A stretch of 41,244 nt of DNA from Catajapyx aquilonaris (lineage: Eukaryota): positions 1 to 41,244 of the forward strand of contig KZ538904.1 of the NCBI GenBank assembly GCA_000934665.2, written 5' to 3'. The position numbers and the translations under genes are program-made. The notes under the pieces were generated by a model that did not search any database, was not told where the DNA came from, and worked only from the letters and a program-made list of their open reading frames with translations. This document shows, piece after piece, positions 10,376-21,783 of the stretch; within the stretch, counting starts at the first letter, position 1; each line of letters opens with the position of its first letter.

Positions 10376-10679
10376 TCTTCTCTATCTCTATAAATAAGGA
10401 AGTTTGTCAATTAGTCAGTTTGTTTGTCCCTTATAGAAATCCGGGGGAAGGCCCCTACACCGCCTTAAATTAGCATATCAGGAGTTACATTTTTCAAGGA
10501 ATTTAATGCCGCATGTTTCAGCTTCCGAAAATGTACCTAACACCCATAACACGCATATTCCCAATTAACCAATTGCAATTACCTATTTAACAATATTCAT
10601 AGATTTCCATGGTAATGCCCTCATTACATTGTAGGCCTACCACCATAACTTACCCGGGCAACGCCGGGTAACCTGCTAG
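10376..10679 (+). mobile_element. Non-autonomous Helitron (short copy)
   Basis: A|TC 5' end, subterminal hairpin cccgggcaacgccggg, CTAG|T 3' end, no TSD. Homologous to 24225-25644. Confidence 0.8.
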
Positions 10680-12817
10680 TGAATTATAAAGAAATTTGAC
10701 TCAACCAGCAACTAGAATTTTCGGCAAGGCGAGGAAAGGGAGGTCCGTCCTCCAGATGCATTCCTTATGGAGAAACTGAGGCCTGCTATAGGAAGGCAGT
10801 TGTGGGCTAATTTATGGAGTCTGCTAAAGCAGGCATCAATGCTGCTGGTCAAAAGAGTGGGTCCGAGACTTTTTCGCCTCTTGACAAATTAGGGTACTGC
10901 TACCTGTTTTTAACGGCTCAAAACAGCTCGGCTGGTAAAATCAAGGGAGAAAAGAGTCCGTTGAGGTTTGAACACTGGGCATATCGGTTCGGATCGTCTG
11001 CAAACGTGCAGTGCGAAAAAAAGAGAAAAATGGTGGCGAGTGAAGGTCAGTAGGTCTACTTCATACTTTCATATTGGTTTAGGAGGATTACACTGTACTT
11101 AGTCAGTTACATTCACCTGAGCTTGTGTGACCTTGAGCAACCACCGCAACCACCACCACCCCCCCCNNNNNNNNNNNCCCACCTGTGGCGGGCTTCTTCC
11201 CACTTTGCTTCCACTGCACCTTCAATACACCCTGCTGCATTTTTGCCTCGGGGTACAAACACTACAAAGAGGATTTGCACCTCGAGCGTATACCCTGCCG
11301 AAATTTTTCCAGGACACCACTGCTTGTACCCCCACAAGCAGCATTAAATGCAGGAGCGAGTGGAAGCGTGCATGAATCAACTCATACTCATGGGAGCAGG
11401 TTGCTAGATTAGTAGGTTAATTTATCCATGCTTCCACCTTATTCTGCATTCATTAGGAAGCAAGAGCCAAAAAAATGGACACATACATGGTGTTTCTTAC
11501 TAGTCCAGCCAACGGCCGTCAGTGTATTCCTTGGGCTCAGACAAGTCGAAAATGTAGGGGGGAGATATGTCGAGGGACCAGCCGTTAACAAGGTAGACGA
11601 TCAGAAACATTGGCCGGTGGTTGCCAAAGTTGCAGGATATGGGTAAATAGTGAAAAAACCTGCAATTTCATGTCCCAGCTAATTTCTGGACTTAATATAA
11701 CATCTGAAAACCAGATAACATGCAAAGAAAAGAGATTGCAACTTTTTCTTTAGGTCACAGCGTGACATGTCACGTCCATGGCTTGTCCCAACCTTCACTT
11801 GCGTAGTTTTGTCAAATTTTATGCGAGGCATAAGATGTTATTTCACTTTTTATATTAGAGTCATGGAGAAAGGAATACTGAAGGTAAAGGCTAGTGCATT
11901 CTTTGTCCTGTCGTTCCAAATTGCATCGATTTTAGTGCAAGAGTAATTTTGTTCCAAGGTTTCTCGTCACGTCCGTGGACAAAAACAAAAACTGTTATAA
12001 AATCATCCAGGAAGCAGCAATGTGCAGGATTTTTGTCTTTTTGCTTGTGATGCAGCCATATTGATATGCTGAATCAAAAACCTGTTGGGTTGGTTGCTTG
12101 AAGGCATGTAATTCTGCTCTAAACGTCAGATTTAGTGATGTATTGAGATCAGTGCATCATGTCTGCTCTGTGGCACCTGGTAAATGTAGGTAAGCAGTTC
12201 AAATTTCAATTTTTGCTCAAGTACATGTGCTATTAGGTACAAAGAGCTTGCTCATTTGAACTAAAAGTTTGTAACATGAACTTACCACATTTTACGTGGA
12301 ATCAACATAGAGTTTGTCACGTCCGTGGACACTACCCGTCCACAGGCGCCCCTAGGCAGGCTCATATGTTCAAAGACATGATTTTAATAACCTATTTGAA
12401 TGTTTTGGACCATCTATACCATGTTTCTAATGCACTCATAGCTGAACACTACTTATTGTCAGATGTAAGCATACGGATAGTTCTCGAGTATGCTCTAAAT
12501 TTCCATTTTCTTGTTTCATTGCATTTGAAGGGATTTGAAGTATTACTTACATTTATATTGCGAACTGTGCTAGCCACTTGGTTCGGTTCTACACCCTGTG
12601 GGACACTTGGTTTGTCAATGTCAAGTAGACTCTGTATTCTTAACTGTGTATGCAGCTGTAGATACAGCATTTTTATAATTTATTTAAAAATGTGAAATAT
12701 AAGTCTATGATCTTGGCCGTTATTTTTGTGGGAACACCAGTGGTAATAATCATTTTTATTATTTTTTAAAATTTCTTTAAAGGACATATAGGCTACATTT
12801 ATATATTTTGGAAATAA

Positions 12818-12828
12818 TAATAGTAGTA

Positions 12829-12881
<53 letters not shown>

Positions 12882-12896
12882 AATAAATAAATAATT
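12818..12896. repeat. (AAT)n/(TAAA)n microsatellite, tail of the adjacent SINE
   Basis: Seen directly in the sequence. Confidence 0.9.
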
Positions 12897-13169
12897 CATA
12901 CCCCGTTATCAGCCATCCGCTCTTTAGGGGGGAAGTTTGTTTTGCCTGGAACTCCTTGCTTTTTTCATATTACTGTGCTCTTTGGGATAGGATAGGGACG
13001 GAAGGAAGCGGCTGTGGCCTATTAATTACGGAAGCAACTCCGGAATTTTCCTGGAAGGATCGTGGGAAACCACAGGAAACCACGGTCAGAATTGCCGGCC
13101 CCGGGATTTGATCCCAGGACCTCCCGATTAGCAGTCGGACACCATATCCCCTCCTCCAAACTGCTTCGG

Positions 13170-13170
<1 letters not shown>
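12897..13170 (-). mobile_element. tRNA-derived SINE, family C
   Basis: Head accgaagcag...ccgactgctaatcgggaggtcctggg with B box, and an aggccacagccgcttccttcc motif. Homologous to 38729-38900. Confidence 0.75.
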
Positions 13171-13227
<57 letters not shown>

Positions 13228-13533
13228 TTAGTGCTAGACCGTATCAGGTACGGACCTTTATTATACTTGAAGTACAATGCAGTACAATGCTGGAACCTTG
13301 AGCGAATTGCCCGGGCCCACAGGCAGGATGACAGGAGGGGATGTGCAAGGTGCAGTGCAATTTTTAGTGAAATCCCCTGGGTGGTTTAGTCTATTGGAAA
13401 TACCACCCGAGACGAAGCCAGAGGTGACCCTGAACTCGGCACGAGAGGAAGGGGGTGTCCCCGGGTTGGGATCGAACTCGGGACCTTAACATCCATGGGC
13501 GCATACGTTACCGCAGCGCCACTCCACCTCCCC
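13171..13533 (-). mobile_element. tRNA-derived SINE, family B, with (ATT)n tail
   Basis: Minus strand has A box gtggcgctgcggtaa and B box gagttcgatccc. Homologous to 32590-32927. Confidence 0.75.
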
Positions 13534-15224
13534 ATTTATTTTGGAAATGAAATTGCACCTTTTTTCACTATTGACCCATATGAGCAGTGATAATCACTTC
13601 TGTGAAAGAGGTGACCTTGCAAATCCCAACAGTGGCGATTTGCACACTCATATCCTGCTCCTTCAGCAACCATTGACCAATGTTTCTAGTCAAGGTCATG
13701 TTAAGGGTTGTGCCATCGACATTTCTCCCTCCTACATTTTCAACTTATTTTGGCTCAAGGAATATGCTGAGGGCAGTTGGCTGGACTAGTAAGAAACACC
13801 CTGTATAGGTATCAACACTTCATGAAGTTAGGGACCATCAACACTCTGGTTATGTAAATGGACGATTCTTAAAAAAAAAAAAAAAAAAAAAAAACTGATA
13901 GGGCGGAGTCCTTTTAGGGGGGAAGGGAAAGGTTCCCAAGGGGGGCCACTGTAATAATTATAGTTATTTCTGACTTTCTGAAATACACCAGACCTTTTCT
14001 CCTGGCCCTGGGCAGAGTAGGGAGTGCAATTCTGCCCCGGCAGAGGGGATGGGGACGGGATTTGAAACCCGGCCTCGCGCTTGGCTGTCCAGTGGCGTAA
14101 CCGCCATGCCTTCCTGAGAAATATGAGTTAATGTTGATTAGGTACCATCCCTTAGCACATAATTATAGATTCAAAATGGCCGACATGGTCACATGACCAC
14201 CAAATTTGTATGATGTTTATTTTTTTTGAAGAGCCCCAAGACTAAGCTAAGCATTGATGTATACCTTTCCTATGTAATCTGTTATTGTAACATTGTTTTG
14301 GGGTCATACATAATTTGCTAAAAATCTGTAAAAGAATTCAAATATCCTGCTGCGCTCTGAGGGGTAATATTGAAGAAAGCTCAGAAGTGCAGCCCCCAAT
14401 ATGTTTTAGATCACATTGGCAAAAGTTGCTAGAAGTGTCAACAAATTTGGCCATACAAAGAGGATATGTGAAAGTGAATGCTAGGGAAGAACTAGCGAAT
14501 TTGGTATTGTATATGAATGATTTGGAATAAGCTGAAGCAACAAGGGCTTTCTGGATGAAAGTAGATAGATTGGGAGCAAGAGAGAAAAGAGAGTAAAGGT
14601 GTTTTTTTTTTTGTCTCCTACTCAATGAACACTACTTGGGAGATCTTTCCCAGTAGTTCAAGCTACTGCCAATGTAGCTCTTGGGGTCATTGGAGCATGG
14701 AAGCTCCAGCATCACGCCATGATGGAATTACCTACAGTGGTGACTCTTGGTCATGTGGATGATATGGTAAAAGTTCATGATTAAGTAGATACAATGTGTT
14801 CAGTCTTATAATAGTATTCATGTCACAAGCATTAATTTGTTGCATTGTTGAGTCGTTTTTGCCCATTGTCAGATCTACTATTCTAAAGTTGAATACGTTA
14901 TAATTGCCCATATTCATATGAGAAACCTCACGAGGTGCAAGCCCAAAGATGTGTTGCATCCTGTTGGGAAACATGGTGGTTTCAGCACTTAAGTGATTTA
15001 CACATACATTTTTAGGTGAAGACCATTCTTGTTCTTTTGCACTTGGCTGAAGAAATTGTCATTTGCCTTTCACGACTCCGTGGACAAAATAATTTTTAGT
15101 GAACCAAGACAATATGCAAATAAAGTAAATGTCATTGTACGGTTTTGTGCACAAATATTTCAAGCTTCTCAAACTCTCATCTTACACATCTCAGGAATTT
15201 CTTTCTGGTTACTGGTAGATTATA

Positions 15225-16977
15225 CAAGCCCTTCCGCATAAGAATTCAAATACCTTGAAAATTGGCAGCAGAGGTTGAAAAAAATGCCCTGCTGCTTGTG
15301 AAAGGGGACTTGTATGCAGCAAGAGGGGTGAAAATACACAGAGGGGCAACTAGAGCTGCAATGACACCAACCATGACACATTTTCACGCTTGAATCAAAG
15401 GTTATGGGAGGTGAAAAATGCATGCAACTATGCATCAATGTTTGGACAGCTCCCGTATTCCCAGCATACCTTCCTCAAGGTTTTTCAAAGGTCTGGTCTG
15501 GCACTAATGCCCACACTTTGGTGTCGCTCTTGTGCAATCGTTGGTCACGGAAGGCTGATTGACAAGGATCTGAGTGAGGCAATTATGAGAGCTCACAAAG
15601 AATGGAAATCTCTGTGTGTCCGTATGTGACGTCAATGTGCCTCACTCCACCGTCAGGGACATTGTTTGCCCATGGATTTGGTCCATCATACTATTCAGCG
15701 ATGAATCCAGCTTTCAACCCTGAGTGTACATTCTACAAGAAGAAGGATCCATTCCTCACTGATTGCTTATTCCGGACGGGACAACATTCTGTGAGCCTGA
15801 TTGTGTGGGAGGTTTCATGATCAGGAACCAGCAGGAACAGTGACAGTAGGCTGCATAATGATAGATGGCACAGTCGGTTTAGAGAAATATTAGCATTTTG
15901 CTGAGCAGCTTGCTACCATCCATGGCTGCCACATTATGTCCTACTGGGACTGTTCCAGAAGGATGGCGTGACTGGCCACACTGCCTGGCCTAAGACAAAC
16001 TGGCTCTCTCAGGATTTACTGAGACACTGCCATGGCCAGCTAGGGGTCCAGACCTGAACCCTAGCAAAACATTTGGGGATGTGTCGCCCTCAAACCATGG
16101 CTGGCTTACAACTGAAGCTGCTTTAGCTATGGGACATTGTCATGCCGTCTCTGCATGACATCATCCCTGCTGGCCTCCAAGCTGTATTGCAGCAAGGGGC
16201 AATGTGACGAAGTACTTATGCAAATAATATATAATAAATTGTGGGTAATGCTTTCACCCTTACGGGGTATATCGCATGAACCTTTATTTTCCAGTTTTTC
16301 TCTTAACTTCACTCCGGTGCGGTGCAAGGAATCAAGGAGATGGGTAAGGATAGGGATTTTTGGGGAGGGAACATTGGTGCAAGTGCAATGTCTACAAATG
16401 GGTCATGTGCTGTTCCCCAGGAGGTTAGGTTGCCAGACACCTCCTTGGTGCAGGTCAGAGACCCTCCTGACGCAGGTGAAAGGAAAGTTACCCAGGCGGG
16501 GATCGAACCTGGGGCCTTTCACTCAGCAAGCCGAGACGTTACCATCTCGGCCACCACACCTCCCCTTATGCAAATAATATATCTGAGTGATAACTTCTGC
16601 AATGTTGCTGACCTGGAACCATTGATTTGAAGGAGTTCACTGGGAGTTATGGGATTGAGGAAATGGTTCTGACTGAGATGTCGGACCAACATGACCCAGA
16701 AATTCATAACAAATCAGCAACAAAAGCAATGCTGTCCGAACAATATGACTCAGGGTGCACAGTGTCAGAACACTGATGCATCGTGGTGCACATTTTCCAT
16801 AACCTTTACCTCAGTGAAAAATATGTCATGGTTGGTGTCATGGCAGATCTAGATGCCACTGTGTATTTTCACCCCTTTCACTGTGATACATTTCCACTTT
16901 CATAAGCAGCAGAACATTTTTTACTGACCCCTGCTGCCCATTTTCAAGGTGTCCAAATTCTTATGTGGGAGAGCTAG
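15225..16977 (+). mobile_element. Decayed Tc1-family transposon with long (about 165 bp) TIRs, interrupted by a SINE
   Basis: TA-flanked TIRs (cataagaatt..accttgaaaat.ggcagcag...gacaccaaccatgaca). Broken transposase motifs FQKDGVTGHTA and LPWPARGPDLNP at about 15953-16062. Confidence 0.8.
16233..16565 (-). mobile_element. tRNA-derived SINE, family A
   Basis: A box tggccgagatgg, B box ggttcgatccc. About 17-18 bp TSD ttatgcaaataatatat (16216 and 16566). Confidence 0.85.
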
Positions 16978-17383
16978 TATGAGTTCCACAGTATACATTT
17001 GCCATCATTTATGCTTACTTCTTTTAAATCAGGGGTTCGCTCGCACCCCGAGAGATACCATTTCGAGGTGGTATCTCTGGTACCCCTGGACTTAGTTTTA
17101 CTGTGGACTTACTTAATGTTTTGAGCCAAAACATATTGGGCAATGTTGGACATACAGGGTGTTAAAACTACTACAGAGCTTCTTCACACAAAACTGGAAT
17201 ACACTTGATAGCCCCTTGTCTCTCACATAAGAAATATTGACCACAATTTATTTGGCTTACACCATGGCAAAAAAAAGCATATTAATTTGGTTGTTTCTGG
17301 GAAGAATTTCCACCTATAAATGCATTACAGGAAGGAAACTTGGTATTTGTTGCTAAAGGGGCTATTTGGATATAGCTTTATAT

Positions 17384-18268
17384 CCTCCTGAGACCCGAGA
17401 AGAATTGAGTAACGCAATATCAGTTCCTATTGCATTTTCTGAACATTTTCCCAATAAGAAACGAGAAAAAAAAATTAGTTTTAAAATATCAACAAAAATG
17501 GTGACAAACAACCAATGAGAACATTGGCATTCATTTGCTGCTACAGAAGCAGAACGGATGAAAGCTGAAAATTGAAATACCCCTTAATGGATCACTCACA
17601 TAGTGCTCTATCCTCCAAACAATGTTTTTTAAATTCATTTGTGGAATTTGTGGTAGCAATTTCTCTCAGAAGACAATTAAAGATAAATGAAATTATTTTT
17701 TAACGCCACCACTCCAGGCATGGGGCTTGCTCCTTCCCTTCTTACCCGCTAAAATGGTACCTTGCTATTCTAGATTTTGAAACTGAACTGCATAGTGAAA
17801 AGAGCACTTCCTCATGGGTGTATAGGTACAGGCACGTAAAGAAAAGTCACACCCATTCAGCTAAAAAAATGTCCATTCAAATGGACATTTTGTCTCAGGA
17901 AGAAAAGAAAATTACCAGATCTCTACAGCAACAAAGATGGTCACAGACAATTTTTTTCGTATTTCCTAATGCACATTCCTTGCGAATCCCAGGACATTCC
18001 CTACATTGACGAAAATCGCACTCTAAATATGAGGAAAAAAATAAAACTTATCACATGAGCGCCTTGCTTCAGCAGCGGCATCCGCCATTTTTTCCGCGAT
18101 TTAATTTTCGTGGCCCAAGTCAGATATTCGACACTAGGTGGCTACAGCTATTGAGGCCAGATTGTAATCATGGGATACCAACAGATTACAGTTCTGTTAG
18201 CATCACTAGTTGGCGCCAAAAAAAACTTTTCCAGATGTCCAGTATACTGGACGCCGGGTCTCAGGAGG
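17384..18268. mobile_element. Non-autonomous DNA transposon, piggyBac-like with ATAT target
   Basis: ATAT|cctcctgagacccg ... cgggtctcaggagg|ATAT; perfect 14-bp TIR. Confidence 0.7.
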
Positions 18269-19061
18269 ATATATTTATTGCATTATTGTAGTTACAGTTA
18301 TAGCAGACTGATTTCTGAGGTCCCTTGACGTGTCTTATTTTCGGAGTCGACGGTTTTTTGCCCAAGTAAACACCTCCAATACTGGAACTCAACTAAAACT
18401 TGGGGGGGGGGNGAGAGGGAGGGAGAGAGAGAGAGAGAGAGAGTCTACCTTTCACATCACACTACCTTTTATGGAAATATGGGGGCCTCCAATGGTGTAG
18501 TAGGGTTGGGAATGTTCACCTAATGAACCAACATGAGGACACACAAGGTCCAAGACCTTGCCAAAATGCATCCTGACAAAAATGCTGTATGGCACTAGAT
18601 TCCTGCCAGGATTGGTACAGGTGAAGGATCCACTGCAGGTTATATTAGGAAGTAATGTTGCCACTGTACAGGACAGTTTTGCACAGAACAATCCACAACT
18701 GCTATTCAACATTTAGCCCAAATGGCTCCCTTTAATATCCTCAACATACAAAGGTACAAAATGAAACAGTTAAAACAAAACAATTCTTTCATAATTCATT
18801 CCGAGTAGGATATGAGTCTATTACAAATCAAATCAAGCTGCTCCTTATGGCATGTCACATACAGAAATACAGGTCTGGGTTTTATCCTGGAGTTGTAGAA
18901 TCTCTTACAACACAACATGTGACCAGTCCCCTACACTCCTACAGCACAACCTGAGGTCCTATCCCAGTACTCACATGAACAAAATGCAGTCATAGAGGGG
19001 CTGCGTAGGTTCCAAAGAGCTAGAGCTATCTGCATATAAAAATTGCATATGTACAGTATAT

Positions 19062-19417
19062 GGGGAGGTGTGGTGGCCAAGATGGTAACGTCTCGGCTTG
19101 CTGAGTGAAAGGCCCCGGGTTCGATCCCCGCCTGGGGAACTTTCCTTTCACCTGCGTCAGGAGGGTCTCTGACCTGCACCAAGGAGGTGTCTGGCAACCT
19201 AACCTCCTGGGGAACAGCACATGACCCATAGCTACGACATTGCACCTTGCACCCATGTTCCCTCCCCAAAAAATCCCTATCCTTTCCCATTGTCCCTGTT
19301 TCCTTGCACCGGAGAATGAAGTGAAAATATATATACAGAAAACTGATAGTGGTATGCCACCCCCCTATAGCTCCCGTAAGGGACATCATGGGGTAAAATA
19401 AATAAATAAATAAATAA
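19062..19417 (+). mobile_element. tRNA-derived SINE, family A, full length
   Basis: A and B boxes, (TAAA)n tail, TSD atgtacagtatat (19049 and 19418). Confidence 0.88.
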
Positions 19418-19702
19418 ATGTACAGTATATGATCACTTAAAATCATCCTATACATTCATTGTGTTCTAAGTATTTGGGTCAATTTAGTTATCACTTTCAC
19501 CCAAAGTGTACTTTTGTGTGGCATTCTACACCCCTATTAAATATCCTTCTCAAAAGTATAAGAGCTCACAATATAATTCCTGTACAAAACTATGGCAATA
19601 TTACTGGGGAGGAAAGTGAAATGAATATGGCATCACGTGTTCCTGCACGAATGAGACTTCCATCTTCCAGCCAAACAAGTCATCCTTCAGGACTGTAATT
19701 AT

Positions 19703-20061
19703 TATTATTTTTTTGGTATTTTTTTTTGTTTACCCCGTAATGTCCCTTACGGAATCTATAGGGGGGTGGCACACCACCATCAGTTTTCTATATATTTTTC
19801 AGCTTCTTTCTCCGGTGCAAGGAAACAGGGACATTGGGAAAGGATAGGGATTGTTGGGGAGGGGACACTTGTGCAGGTGCAATGTCTTTAACCTTTGGGC
19901 CATGTGCAGTCCCTCCAGGAGGTTAGGTTACCAGACACCTCCAAGGTGCAGGTCAGAAACCCTCCCAACGCAGGTGGAAGGGAACTCCCCGGCGGGGATC
20001 AAACCTGGGACCTTTCACTCAGCAAGCCGAGACGTCACCATCTTGGCCACCACACCTCCCC
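19703..20061 (-). mobile_element. tRNA-derived SINE, family A
   Basis: Homologous to 19062-19417 in the opposite orientation. TSD ttcaggRctgtaattat. Confidence 0.85.
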
Positions 20062-20305
20062 TTCAGGGCTGTAATTATGACATTCTTTGGCACAATCAAA
20101 CCCTTTCTCAAAATAGTTAGACTGTTACACTCAACCACATCTGGGAATAATTGGGCACATGGATTGGGGCACAATAAGCTTCACATTTACACTTTGGGTG
20201 AAACTTGGGATATAATTAAAAGGACCCCAATGCATGGAACACACATTGGAGCTCAATTTGTATTACTAAAGATGCATGACAATGCAATTACTTTCATATC
20301 AGGCT

Positions 20306-21783
20306 CTATCTACCATTTCCAGCCAGTAAGGATATCTTTGTATCATTAATAGAGAAATGCATATCATACCGCTCCATCTGATTGGACAATTCACAGACAT
20401 AGTCATGTGAAAGTATCAGCTCACTACTATACAAGTCAACCTTTTCCAAAAACTCTCCACATGAATTGATAATGATTGGAATCACTTCCAGTTTCATGCT
20501 GTGATCGTTCACATAAAGATTACGCAACTCCTTCAGGTTGGCATTAGAGAGAAGTTCATAAACACAAGATTTGACAGACTTGTTATACACTGTAAGACTC
20601 TTCAACTTGCCACAAAAGGGAATGATATACCTAACTTGTTGGACTGGCACATTCGTAATTTCCAAATCTTCCAGAGCTTCAAATCCAGCATATGTCATTT
20701 TACATGGAGGATCATGTGCCACGTATGTGCTATCTACCAGCTCAAGAGACTTGAGATTTGGGAAAGTCTCCTTGATTCCTGCCACATTGATATCAGTGCA
20801 GCCACACAAGTTCAGAGACTCGAGATTTGGGTATGACACATTCATGTTTTGCCTCAAGAGAGAATCAAGGCCAGTAACATGATTCAAATGTAAGTGATGA
20901 AGACCAAACATGCACTTGTCCATAAGGAAAAGAAGATTTGAAGCTATCCCATTAGTTAATGTCAAGCTCTTCAGGTTGGCTAGTTCACTAACCAAATTGA
21001 CAGGTGCATCATCTTCCACGAACAGGTTCAGCTTCTCAAGGTCTGGAAAATGGGTTACAACCTTTTGCAGAGTAGCAACTTCTCTCATATTCAGGTCTCC
21101 TCCTAAGTCCTTCAAGTGATAAGCACGTTTGCACAGACGAAGAACTTTCCGGACATCATCAATCACCAATGCTTCCAGATTGGGAAGATTGTTAAGCAGG
21201 TGTATGGCTACCCGAGGGGTCATATAAACACCATAAATCCTTCTGAGGTTCTTGCAGTTAGAGAGAAGTAGTAAAATTGATGGATTGGCATACAGTTCAA
21301 TGACATCATCTATTTCAATATATTCCAAGCATGGGCAGTTTTCCATAACTTGCAGCAAGAACTGTTGTTTGATACTTACTGATACCTTAATTGAGCGCAG
21401 GTTGGTCATTTTGGGGAATGGAATGCCTTGCATGTCGTTTTCCCGGAATCCCCACGTGTAAATTGTAGGTTCAATACTGATAAGACCAGCCATGACATGA
21501 AAACCCCTTAAAACCTGGTCGCGCGACCGAAAAACTTCCTCCCCTCGCCTTTGCTGATCTTGGTGCAATTGGGATGCAAAGCACTAGTAATGCCAAACTG
21601 TCTTGAACTAAATTGAAGAACCTCATCGACGTATTCGTTTGCAAATGTATTTGGGATGTCCTTCACATACTCCTGAATCTGATCTTGTTGTCCATCACTC
21701 TTCTTGCATGAATCGACAACTAACTTGGCCAAAGTACACAAGCTTGAGGACCGGAGACTTTGAGGCTGCTTGCTCCTTGGCAT
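20306..21783 (-). CDS. Intronless leucine-rich-repeat (RNI/FBXL-like) protein, split into two overlapping frames (ORF1 21783-21508; ORF2 open from about 21582 to 20306)
   Basis: Acceptor tttttcttgcag| lies 3 nt before ATG 21783. ORF1 starts MPRSKQPQSLRSSSL (BC-box-like). ORF2 has repeated LxxLxL units (NLRSIKV, CPCLEYIEI, CKNLRRIY, LPNLEALVI, FPDLEKLNL, YPNLESLNL, FPNLKSLEL, CGKLKSLTV) over more than 400 uninterrupted codons. Confidence 0.8.

Noticed and set aside
11765..12335. Three dispersed gtcacgtccRtgg repeats as a CRISPR-like or regulatory array
   Set aside because: Irregular spacing of hundreds of bp in eukaryotic DNA; most likely transposon subterminal motifs, with ends not defined.
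19062..19135. tRNA genes at the SINE heads (also 13470-13533, 16495-16565, 38729-38800)
   Set aside because: They have A/B boxes but continue into shared bodies with tails and TSDs, so they are SINEs rather than tRNAs.
21500..21507. Canonical G_GGU_UUU slippery heptamer in the LRR gene
   Set aside because: It lies past the ORF1 stop in the ORF2 frame, and slippage leads to a stop within about 10 codons, so it cannot join the ORFs.
21507..21514. GTTTTAAG as a micro-intron repairing the frameshift
   Set aside because: 8 nt is far below the spliceosomal minimum.
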